NCBI GenBank assembly: GCA_964016885.1
Contig: OZ024744.1
Span: 81,530,001 to 81,594,000 of the forward strand
Reading direction: 5' to 3'
Length of the DNA: 64,000 nucleotides
Source: Eledone cirrhosa
Lineage: Eukaryota
Made by a program: the position numbers and the translations under genes. Below, one piece after another: positions 52,992 to 64,000 of this stretch (the stretch's first letter is position 1; each line of letters opens with the position of its first letter). Below the pieces are notes generated by a model that was given only the letters and a program-made list of their open reading frames with translations, made no database searches and was not told where the DNA came from.

Positions 52992-54099
52992 TATACTAAA
53001 GTTCAAATACTACACAATATGGAATGGTGTTAAATAAAGCATATATATATATATATATATAAATATCTTTTTCACATAGAGACATTTAATTTTAAAATGT
53101 GTGTGAATAAATTGGATTAAAACAGCAAAATTATTTATTTGAAAGCAACAACAGTTTTAATTTTAAATACATGTAAAAAAAAAAAATAAAGAAGAGAAAA
53201 CCCTCACAAGTGTGTGGGATTGCTTCCAAGATAGAGGACTAATAATGAAACATGATCATAGTTTGCCAGGGATAGGGGCTGGAGACGGGAATTTTTACCT
53301 TTGTACAAGTATTGCTTTCGGGAGAATGTATAACTAGTATCATCATCATCATGAACATATATATATACACATATACATACACACTCATACACCATCATAA
53401 TCATCATTTTATGTCCACTCTATATGCCAATATGGGTTAGATGGAACATCACAGTCCCAAACTAGATGAGTTGGAAAACTATATTTCTTGTTCATAAATT
53501 CCATATTTGAGGAATATGTAAGACTCTGATTTGTAATACAATCTATACCAGCATGGAAAACAGATGTAAATGATACTAACGATCTGATGATGATACATAT
53601 ACATACATGTATATTCATACACACATGTCCATATGCATATATATATCTTCCTTTAATGTCTGCTTTTCCAGGTTTGCATGAGTTAGATGGGTTATCACAT
53701 TATGAGATAAATCAGGTCAGGTAACCTAAACCTATGTCTTGCTCATACGGAATCTGTATTTTAGCTTGGTTTCTACAGTTGGATGCCCTTTCTAACACAT
53801 TACAGTATATATATATACACATATATATATATATAGTAATAATAATAAATTTGAAGACTAAAATCCAAAGAGGGCTCGATAAGGATAAATATATATCAAA
53901 TATATAAGAACCATAGAGCAAATATTTATTAAAATAACAGATTAAAGTTTAAGCAAAGAATCGCTGCTTTCACCCTTAACAGGATCTTCTGAAACTATAT
54001 ATGTGTATATATATATATATATATATTTATGGGAAGGTTGCATTGTAAGGTTATGGAAGGGAATTTGTCTGTTGATTGCGACTGAGTTGTCCGTGTGAT

Positions 54100-54132
<33 letters not shown>

Positions 54133-54481
54133 ACATAATATACACACATACATACGTTTATGTAAAATTTTGTATATTTTTGTATATCCTAAACTATTTG
54201 TTCATTGTACTGATCTGAGTGCATAAGTTTGTAACATTTATCTTACTGCTTTTTAGACAATACAAATTTATTTATCACTTTCATTATTATTATCATTATT
54301 ATTGTTATATTTTTAGCAATCCATCTTTTGTATTCCTTTTCTGTATGTACTTATGCATGTGTGTGTGTATGTGCTAGTATCTGGGTGTATAAGTATCATA
54401 GTATGAATATATCAGTGTGTATATGCAATGTGTTGTAAATATACGTCCGTTTGCCATAAAACCTGAGTCAAATCTCAGTTT

Positions 54482-54672
54482 TTAAGAGGAACTTGGTTGA
54501 GTGTCATTTTTGTTGTTGTTATTGTTGCCCCTATGGTCGGTGACTTTAAATTCCAACTGGTGAAGCTTTGTTAGTAAGTGCTCCTTCCATTTATCTTCGG
54601 GAATGTCAAGGGCCCATTCTGGAATGTTACCCACAGGTAACTGAAAACCTTTCATGGCATCTCTCACTTGAT
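54482..54672 (-). CDS. MEA1: MEA1 (male-enhanced antigen 1) last coding exon
   Basis: ttacag acceptor. QVRDAMKGFQLPVGNIPEWALDIPEDKWKEHL matches the MEA1 C-terminal motif M.G..LP....P.WA..I....W. Confidence 0.8.
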
Positions 54673-54761
54673 CTGTAAGTAAATAAAACAAGAATTATTT
54701 AACCCCTTTTGATACCAGATTGCCTTCATCTGCCCTTTGTTCTACAATACAAAGATATTTA

Positions 54762-55750
54762 TAGGGTTGCTCAGTTCTTTGAGGACATTTGTCATGTCCA
54801 TAAGTCATGAAAGAAGAGCTTTATTTGAGAAAAAATCGAAACATCTATTCAATGAACTCACTGTTAAGCATTGATCACTGCCTCAATATGAGGTCTCAAA
54901 TGTTGACATGTCCGAATCAGATGATCTTTATCTATTTTAAATATTGTGCTACTTATGGCAGACTTCAGAGATTTTATAGCACTATGGGGGTATTGATTTA
55001 TTTCCTCCTTGATTATGCCCCATTTGTAGTAGGCCAACAGATTCAAGTCTAGGAGGACATATGTTTAGAGTGACGTGATTGTGGAGATTGTAACTCGTCC
55101 ATTCTTGGTCTTATGAGATGGTGCAGAGTCTTGTTGGTAGGTGCATGGTCTTCCTTTGTTCACACTCTCTATCCAAGCCTCACATCATTTTCCAACACCT
55201 CCTTATAGTCAGCAGCATTGAGCCTTAAGCCCTAAGGAATGATGTGAGGAGGCATGACATCTTGCTTGTTGCTCATGACACCCAGAAGCATCACAATTGC
55301 TGGAAACTTTGTGTGCATGTCCGTTGGAACATCTTTAGGGTCTCTGCATAACAATCCGTCATCCCTTTGATTGATCAAAGTTTTACTCATCAGAGAAAAT
55401 CTAAAGCATTCCAAGCTTTTGATGTTTCAACTTGCTGAACAAGTGCTTTGCACGAATCAGGCGGTTATCTTTTGTCTTTGCAGACACAAATTGGTTGCTC
55501 CTCATCACATATGACTTCTATCAAAGGTCCACATGCACAATTCTTTTTATAATGTGCCTTAAAACCGTGAGCTCCTTTACAATGGTGCTAATTGACTTTC
55601 TAAGGTTCTTATCGATAATTTTCTGCACCTTTTGTACAAATTTGGGTGTTCTGATGGTATGAGAACCGTTTTTTAGGTGTTTTACATTTGGTTGCTGCTG
55701 TAGAATCCCTGACAATGGCTTCCAACGCTTTGCGAACTTAGACAACAACT
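54762..55750 (-). mobile_element. Tc1/mariner (maT-like) transposase fossil in the MEA1 intron
   Basis: RTPKFVQKVQKII, TKFPAIVMLLGVMSN..VMPPH, QQDSAPSH, DLNLLAYYKWG; many stops and frameshifts. Confidence 0.75.
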
Positions 55751-56778
55751 CCTAGTTGGGAGAGCAATATTCCATCGTGGATCTCATGTGAGTTTTAAAG
55801 AAGGTTTAATAGTTGATGGGGGAATTAAATTATTTTTGAACAGTTTTTTGAAATGCAGAATTTGCTATATTGAGGAGAGATCCTGAGTGATGGTGGCTTT
55901 GTTTTGAGACTTTGAAGACCCTAGTTGCATGTTATTCATGTTAAGGAGTGGATGCTGAGGTAGGGACAGAATTATTTTCTTGATATGTATAGTCACTGTA
56001 TCTTTGTGTTGCTGAAGGTTAGAAGATTGATATATGACCCCCGATTGGTGAACATGTTCAATGTTTCTTTTCATGAAGTCGCTATAAGTTTGGTGTGAAG
56101 TAGTGTCTAGGTTACATGTGGATAGGAGTGAATGAATATCACTTGCGTAATGGTGGGCATTGTTGGAAATGATGGCAAGCACAGAGAGAGAGAGAGAGAG
56201 AGAGAGTGTGACTTACTTATGATTAGATGGTAGCATTCCAGCCCAGTTGTATCTCAACACAGCATAGTTAATAGGTAAGTAATTTTAGTGTATGAAAATG
56301 GAATTAATTTTCAAAATATCATTTCTAATTTAACCTATATATCATCATCATCATTGTCGATTAACGTCTATCTTCCATGCTAGCATGGGTTAGATGAGTT
56401 TGTCCCAATGTCTCACTCATATAGGAGAGTTTCTGGCTGGTTTTCTACGGCTGGATGCCCTTCCTAACGCCAACCGCATTTACAGTGTGTGCTGGGTACT
56501 TTTGTTATGACACCTACACGATCACTTTACAGTGTTGGCTGATAGTCACATATATATATCAATCTTTCTAATTTCTGATTCTTTCTTCTAATAAATGAAA
56601 CATTAAGACCCTCTTTCTGCTATTTCAAATGTTTAAACTAATATATTCCTTCCATATATTGTATTATTTGCTTTGTTATTTCTGTGTCAACATGAATGGA
56701 CCTGTTATTTTTATCTAAAGACATTTTTTTCCAATTCCAACCCACCCGTCGCCTCAATCTATTTTATTTCTCATTCTT

Positions 56779-56814
56779 TCTTCTGATGAAGGACTCGCGT
56801 CCGAAATGTTAAGA
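56779..56814 (+). ncRNA. Minimal hammerhead motif, family A, in a tandem pLTR-like repeat (56595-56900)
   Basis: UCUU-CUGAUGA-A-GGAC-UCGC-GUCC-GAAA-UG-UU-AAGA. The downstream ~90 bp is duplicated at ~56597-56685. Confidence 0.72.
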
Positions 56815-56920
56815 CCCTCTTTCTGCTATATCAAGCGTTAACCTAATATATACCTACCATATACTGTACCGATTGTGTTGTTATTTCTGTTTACCTTTTA
56901 CATACATATATATATATATA

Positions 56921-59900
56921 TCATCATCATCATCATCATCAACGTTTAACGTCCGTGTTCCACGCTTGCATGGGTTTGGACGGGGGTAGTCCCACTTGAG
57001 GCAAGAGTGATTGTCTTGCTCGCATAGGACTGTCTGGCAGGTTTTCTACAGTTGGATGCCCTTCCTAACACCAACCACATTTACAGTGTGGGTCTGGGAG
57101 GTTTTTACCGTGTTGCCTACACGGCCACATTACAGCGTGGACTGTGTGTTTTTTTTGTCGTGACACCTACACGATCTCATTTGTTTCGGCCTGGATGGCG
57201 CGGCACCAACATAACTTTACATAGAACGGGGTGGTGTGGATGGGGTGGGGGTGGCGGCGGGAGGGGTGTATTTTGTTAGAGATGCCTACTGGCAAGGCGG
57301 GTCTTCTCTGTTACTGAGTACCGCCAAAGGTCACGGTCCAGTGACATTGTCTTGGAGAGGTGTAAGTGTGTGAGGTCGGAGTTTATCAGCTCATCCCATG
57401 TTTTTCTAGGTCTGCCTATTCCGTGGCTACCGTCTATCTTTATTGCCCTGCACTTTGTAATACAGCTATCGACTTTCATGCGCATCACGTGTCCATACCA
57501 ACGCAGCCTTCTCTCGAGTAAACAACATCTGATCCCTCTTATCTCTAATTTTTTTTTTTTTTTCCTTAGTTCGTTTATGCTTTGCCGTTCACGTATATTA
57601 CTGTTACACATCCAGCGGAGCATGCAAGCTTCGTTCCTCTCTAGTCTGCGTATATCCTCTGCACACAATGCCCAGGTCTCACTACCATGCAACATTGCTG
57701 TTCGTATGCAGGCATCGTACAACCTGCCTTTCATTTTTAGGGAGAACCCTTTAGCAGCTAATAGTGGTATAAGCTCTCTGAACTTTTTCCAACCAGTTCT
57801 GACTCTAGCTACAGTACTTTCAGAGCACCCTCCCCCACTGCTGATTTTATCGCCCAGGTAACGGAAGCTGTCCACTATTTCTATAAAACCCTCTGCGCAA
57901 TTGAAAGAGCTAGTATTTTGTGGGCACTTGCTGCTACTTATTGCACCAGAACACCGGCCACATGTAAAGTCTATGTTCTTAGTTAGCTTACCTGTGATCC
58001 CACTACATCTTTTATGCACCCATACTTTGCATTTAGGACATAAGATGGAGTTTCTACCTACGCCTTTCCTACATACCGAGCACGACCATTTCCCAGAAGG
58101 GACCGCCGCCTTGTTTTCTTTCCTACAAACTAGAACTTTGGTCTTAGCCAGGTTAATTTTAAGTCCTTTTGACTCTAGGCCGTGCTTCCATGTTTGGAAT
58201 TTCTTCTCTAGCTCGGCCATTGATTCCGCTATGAGTGTCAGGTCGTCTGCGTATAGGAGTTCCCATGGGCAGCCTGTCTTGAACTCCTCTGTTATAGCCT
58301 GAAGGGCAATAATAAATAGTAGGGGGCTGAGAACAGAGCCCTGATGGACGCCAACTTTTACGCTAAACTCTTCACTATATTCGTTGTTAATTCTAACCTT
58401 GCTGACTGTTTCTTTATACATGGCTTGTATAGCCCTCACAAGCCATTCGTCAACGCCTAGTTTTCTAAGAGCCCACCAGATAATGGAGCGGGGGACTCTG
58501 TCGAAGGCTTTCTCCAGGTCGACAAAAGCTAAGTAGAGGGGTTTACCTTTAGCTAGGTACTTCTCCTGTAGTTGTCGTACTATGAAAAGAGCGTCTGTGG
58601 TGCTTTTGCCTGACACAAACCCGAACTGCATTTCATCTAGATCAATTCTCTCTCTGATTAGTTGCGCTATTACTTTTTCCGTGACCTTCATGACCTGGTC
58701 GATTAATTTAATGCCTCTATAGTTACTCCTATCTAGGGCGTCTCCTTTACCCTTATAACAGTTAACGATGATGCTGCTATGCCAGTCCTTCGGAACAACC
58801 CCATTCTGTACGACTTGGTTAACTATGCGGGTGACCATGGTGTGTCCCACCGTGCCAGATGCCTTCAGCATCTCAGCAACTATTTCCGAAGGCCCAGCCG
58901 CCTTACCAGTCTTCATATCCTTGATTGCCTTACTTATTATACTCCCCTCGACTAACACTGCTGGTCCCTCTATCGGGTCGATATGGGGGAGACTGTCTTT
59001 CTCCCATTTATTCTCCTCATTTAGTAGCCTTTCATAGTGACACTTCCAAGCTACCTTCTTATCAGTGTCGGTGATGGCAAGTATGCCATCATCGTTAAGT
59101 ACACACTTCTCCCCGACAATATCACGGTTTTCCTTGACGCATTGCCTGGCAATCCTGAACACCTCACGTTTTTGGTCATCGCGTTGTAGAACATGCTTGA
59201 ACTTTCTTTCCTCAGCTTCCCTTCTTGCTAAGTACACTTCTCTCCTAGCTTCCCTCCTGGCCACTTGATAGTCTACTCTACTTCCCCCATCCCGCCATAC
59301 TTTCCAAGCCTGCTTTTTGGCCTTAATTGACCCCTCCACCTTACTGTTCCACCACCATGTTACTCTCCTCCTGCCTACAGGCCTGCTCCAGCCACAGACT
59401 TCGTCTGTCGCCAACAGCAGGTTAGCTTTCAGAAATTTCCACTGTCCCTCTATATTGTCCGATTCTAGATGCTCTTCCTTACTGTCGAAAGCATCAAGTA
59501 ATATGCTTTGAAATTTATTTCTGGCTGTGGGGTCTTTTAGTTTCCATATTTTCCTCCTGAGGATAGTCCTCTTCTGCTGTCGGGTGCGTCTCGTCCTGAC
59601 TATGAGGTCGCTAATTATCAGTCTATGTTGGGAGGTGCATTCTTCATGGGGGAGGGATTTAGTGTTTACAACAGACACTCTGTCACGTCTTCTGGTAAGG
59701 ATATAATCTACCTGGCTTGTGTGTTCCCCGGATCTATAGGTAATCAGGTGATTGTCACGTTTTTTGAAGTTAGTGTTACAGATAGTTAGGTTATTTGCAT
59801 CACAGTATTCCAGAATTCTGGAGCCTTCCTCATTTCTAGTACCAAACCCATAGCCTCCATGGATTTCGTCATAGCCGTCACAATGTTGTCCAACGTGACC

Positions 59901-60066
59901 ATTTAGGTCGCCTGCAATAATTATATAGTCACTGTCAGATATTTGGGAGGTAGTTAGCAACAGTGTCTCATAGAATCTGTCTTTTATAGTGCCGGGCAGT
60001 CCGGATTGGGGTGCGTACGCAGATATTACTGTCACCGTAGTTCTATTGAGGACAAGTCTTATTTTA
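56921..60066 (-). mobile_element. RTE LINE copy 3, 5'-truncated within APE, 919-aa uninterrupted ORF
   Basis: ORF 57276-60035 with partial APE, RT and a C4HC3 PHD. (GAT)n tail; both ends lie in (TA)n. Confidence 0.97.
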
Positions 60067-60086
60067 TATATATATATATATATATA

Positions 60087-61229
60087 CTAGCAGCAGTACC
60101 CAACATTGCCTGCGTAGGTAAAATAATATCTGCTTTGATAAAAAGGTGTTGATCTTAGCGACTGCTTCTCGATGACTTATCTCTGACCACACACAGGTCA
60201 TGCGGGGGAGGGTGGTGATGACCTCTATCACTGAGAAACGCGGGTGACTGACGAAGGGGCATGTTGGGGGAGGGAGGTAATGACCTCTAGCACTAAGCCA
60301 AATTTCCTCACGCTACTTGATTAGAAACTGTTGAATTCTTAAATACACAACTAAAAGCTCAGACGACGTCAGTGGTCATCGTTTTGCCTTTGACCATCTA
60401 TAAGATGTGCAATGATAGGTTCTATCGTAGTATAAAAGTTGAACCAAATAAATTGATTTATGTGTGAGGTGGAGCTGAAGTTTCGAATTTGAACAAAATC
60501 GGTTGAAAAATGTGGAGTTAATGATAGGTTGCCGTCCCTGAACAAAAAATGCAAAGTGTAAAGCTACTATATGATGTGCAATGATAGGTTCTATCGGAGT
60601 ATAAAAGTTGAACCAAATAAATTGATTTATGTGTGAGGTGGAGCCGAAGTTTCGAATTTGAACAAAATCGGTTGAAAAATGTGGGAGCTAGAGCCGAAAA
60701 GGTAGTATTTTCAAATGCGGCTGCCACGCCGTTCCTGAACAAAAAAAATCTAAAATGTAAAGCCACTTTAAGACGTGAAATGATCAGATCTAGCGTAGTG
60801 TAAAATTTGAAAAAAGTAGGTTGATTAATGTGGGAGCTAGAGTCGAAAAAGTGGAAATTTGTGTCTAAAAGTGGTATTTTTGAATATTTAAGCAGCTGCC
60901 ATGCCGTCCCTGAACAGCTAATGCAAAATATAAACCCATTACAGGATGTGCAATGATAAATTCTATTTTGCTTTAAAATTTACATGAAATCGGTGGCAAA
61001 ATGTGGGAGCCAGAGCCAAAATTCTTATTTTTCGATACCTAAAAAAAGGTGAGCCCCCTATCGATTTTTATCTGCAGAATGACCCCGGAATAAAAAACGA
61101 TATGCTGATATATAGAAAACACTCCCCGATGACTAATCTATGAGCCTGTAAAGTTTCATGAAAATCGGTCGTAAGATGTAGGCCCCTATAGGTAATACAC
61201 AGACACACTTAATTTTATATATATACAGA
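60087..61229 (-). mobile_element. Non-autonomous Helitron with internal ~170-bp tandem repeats
   Basis: The minus strand starts TC and ends CTAG, inserted between A and T, with a subterminal GC-rich hairpin-like segment. Repeats of gatgtgcaatgataggttctatc...aaaatcggttgaaaaatgtgg. Confidence 0.75.
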
Positions 61230-61980
61230 TATATATATATATTAAAATCAGCAAGTATTGCACTAAGAAAAATATAAACGTCAGTGTGAAGGAGATTAGG
61301 AATTTATTTGCTTTAACATTTGTTTCTGTGTCTATTATATGCCGACATTTATATTTTTATATTTTTCTTGGCCCAATACTTGCTTATGTTAATACACTCT
61401 GTGATCTCTTCTGGACCTATATACCATATTCCCTTGCTTCGATATTTATACTACATGATTTGAAGGATACAGTCAAGTCAAACTCTCTGGTAAGCAGTTT
61501 TCTTGTTTAAGAATTAATTCCTGATATACATAAACAACATCACACAGAGGACCCTTCAGTTGTGCTATGGTGAAGCAGACTCTCTAGTATTGGTGATCTA
61601 CAGCATACGCTGTAAAATGATTGGTGACAGGAAAACTTGCCAAACAAAGGGTTGCGTGGACCCCTCAGTTGTGTCAAATACATGACAATCTCTCCTGTGT
61701 ACTCGAGAACAGGAGACCGTATCTAAGGGAGATGCAGATCCCTAGCCTGTCTAGATCAGTAGCCCCAATTCAGTACTGACTTGGTCCATGTAGACCTGTC
61801 AATCCTTGCTAGAAGGGAAAGAGGAGGTTATGATGATGAAGATAACCACAGAATGAGATGAAAGAGTTTGGTGATAACATGGGCTATGTTATTAATGTCT
61901 GCTATCTCGGCTAGCAAGGGGTATGTTGTTAACATATTTCATGGAATCTTTCAGTATCAATATTTCAAAAGAAAACTTAC

Positions 61981-62062
61981 TTTCATCCAAATTGTTAGCA
62001 GCCATCTCTGGAGTTTGATTCCAAAGAAGGGAAATTGCATCTTCTTTTGGTGGGTCAGGAAT
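61981..62062 (-). CDS. MEA1: MEA1 internal coding exon, IPDPPKEDAISLLWNQTPEMAANNLDE
   Basis: tttttcag acceptor and gtaagt donor; 82 nt, phase 0->1, compatible with the last exon. PDPP motif as in MEA1. Confidence 0.7.
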
Positions 62063-62584
62063 CTGAAAAAAAAAATGGGCTTCTTTTAATGGCTACAAGA
62101 TGTTGGGGACATTACATGGGTGAATATATTAACAACACAGCACAGAATGAGATTTGCACCAAGCAAAAAGGTTTGAAATCAACAAAAACAATAAATTTAC
62201 CCAATATGGAGGGAAGAACACCGAGAGTGATTCAAAGCAACTTCTCCACACACAAACTCCTAGATTACTCTGTATCACCAAAGGCACTTTTTGTTTCTTT
62301 TTGTTATGTTTTAGAAAAGTATATCTAGAGTAGGCCTATTTAGTCTCATTAATTTCACCACTTTTACCTACCTTTCATGAAGCACTCTAGAAAGCAGAAC
62401 CTACCTCTCCGTTTCACATGGAACTTAGAATCCCGCTTTTTGGAACACTTCAAAAGGCATGCTTGCTGGGAACAGTAAGAACCCTCCGATACGTCCTGAA
62501 TATCTGAGGCTGCAGGTAGTGGCTTGATATTCATTTCAACAAACTTTCCAGTTAACTAACATCAATGATTGAGACTCAAAGAAC

Positions 62585-63230
62585 AATAATAATAATAATA
62601 ATAATAATAATGATTTCTTTATTAACCACAAGGGTTTACATAAAGTAGACATTAAGGACAGTGCAGGACAATGCAGGACGGTACAAATGGGCATTTCTGC
62701 GTGTAAAAAACAAAAACAGAGGATGTAACAAAAATAACAATGAAAATAACAATGAAAAATTCCCCAATAATAATAATAATGCTTTCTTTATTAACCACAA
62801 GGGTTTACATAAAGTAGACATTAAGGACAGTACAGGACGGTACAAATGGGCATTTCTGCATGTAAAAAACAAAAACAGAGGATGTAACAAAAAAATAACA
62901 ATGAAAAATTCCCCAATAGGGGGAGATTTCCGAGGGACATTTGTGGAGAAAGCCCATTAAAAGGCCACAGTGATAATAATAATAATAGGGATTTCATTTA
63001 TTGGCCACAAGGGCCAACATGTAGGGGGACAATATAAAGACACGGACAGTGGGGTTTACAATAAGCTCAAGTAAAAGTGTACAATGGCAAGACCAATTTA
63101 ACAATGAAAATATAAAATAAACTACACATAAACATAACAAAATAAATTCCCCAATAGTGGGGGGTAGAAGTCCCAGGGGCGACTCAGGTACCCCACCAAT
63201 TCTGAACCACCTGACGCTTCTAGGGCACCC
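62585..63230 (-). mobile_element. Stacked 3' ends of non-LTR elements with (TTA)n tails
   Basis: Two ~170-bp near-identical units (62585-62765, 62766-62970) plus a related third. On the minus strand each ends AATAAA...(TTA)n. Confidence 0.55.
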
Positions 63231-63792
63231 CAATAGTAATGGTTTCTGATTTTGGCACATTACCAACGATTTTGGGGAAGAGGAAAGTCAATTAAATCAA
63301 CTCCAGTGTGCTATTGACACTAAAGATGAAAAGCAAGGCTAACCTTGGTGTGATTTGAACTCAGAATGTAAAGAGCTGTAACTATATGCTGCAAAGTAAT
63401 AATAATAGTTTCTGATTTAGGCACAAGGCCAACAATTTTGAGGTTGGGGAAAGTCGATTAAATCAACCGCAGTGCATTACTGGTACTTTATTTTATCGAC
63501 ATAAAGCTAACCTTGGCGTGATTTGAACTCAGACGTAACTATATGTAGCAATAATAAAAATATAAAAATATATATGATTTTGTTGTCATTCTTTATCCAA
63601 TAGTAGTATAACCCTTTAGCATAATTCTCTCACTTTTTTCTGTTGAAACTGACCATAGCTGGCTGCTCATACTGATGTTAAGGTACAGTCCTCAAAATAA
63701 ATAATATCACAATCTCATAAATTCAATATTATGTGAGATATTATGTAAGATAAAGCCTTTACTGTGAAAATCCAATAGTAAATATAGAGTAA

Positions 63793-64000
63793 TCATCATC
63801 ATCATTTAATGTCTATCTTCCACGCTAGCATGGGTTTAGATGGGAATTGTCTCACTTGAGGCAATATTGGTCGTCTCGCACGTATGAGACTGTCTGGCAG
63901 GTTTTCTACGGCTGGATGCCCTTCCTAACACCAACCACGTTTACAGTGTGGACTGGGAGGTTTTTACTGTTACCTACACGGCCACATTACAGCGTGGACT
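63793..64000 (-). mobile_element. RTE 3'UTR running off the window edge
   Basis: (CAT)n tail and gactgtctggcaggttttctac..ggatgcccttcctaacaccaaccac, as in copies 1-3. Confidence 0.8.

Noticed and set aside
57352-59511. Antisense ORFs recurring across RTE copies
   Set aside because: They are shadows of the RTE coding strand; recurrence reflects copy similarity.

Overview
Eukaryotic, AT-rich, repeat-dense genomic DNA. It is most likely a coleoid cephalopod (Octopus-like), inferred from the tRNA-derived CORE- and Meta-type SINEs, the RTE LINEs with (GAT)n tails and the abundant (TA)n. Two spliced host genes lie on the minus strand. LRRC47 is complete: five coding exons at 46601->27759, about 537 aa, all GT-AG and phase-consistent. 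MEA1 is represented by its last two recognisable coding exons (62062->54482). The rest is mostly mobile DNA: three large copies of one young RTE LINE whose single ORF carries a PHD finger after the RT core, other RTE/Ingi/Penelope remnants, piggyBac- and hAT-type MITEs, a mariner fossil, a non-autonomous Helitron, and a 4.4-kb satellite of about 40 tandem mariner-like MITE units joined by variable (TA)n. The most notable unannotated signal is a set of minimal type-I hammerhead-ribozyme motifs from at least three families. They sit in short Penelope-pLTR-like elements that often form fold-back palindromes next to (TA)n, and one family shows compensatory base changes in stem II. There is no prokaryotic system or CRISPR array. 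Family names come from motif recognition by eye; no database searches were run.
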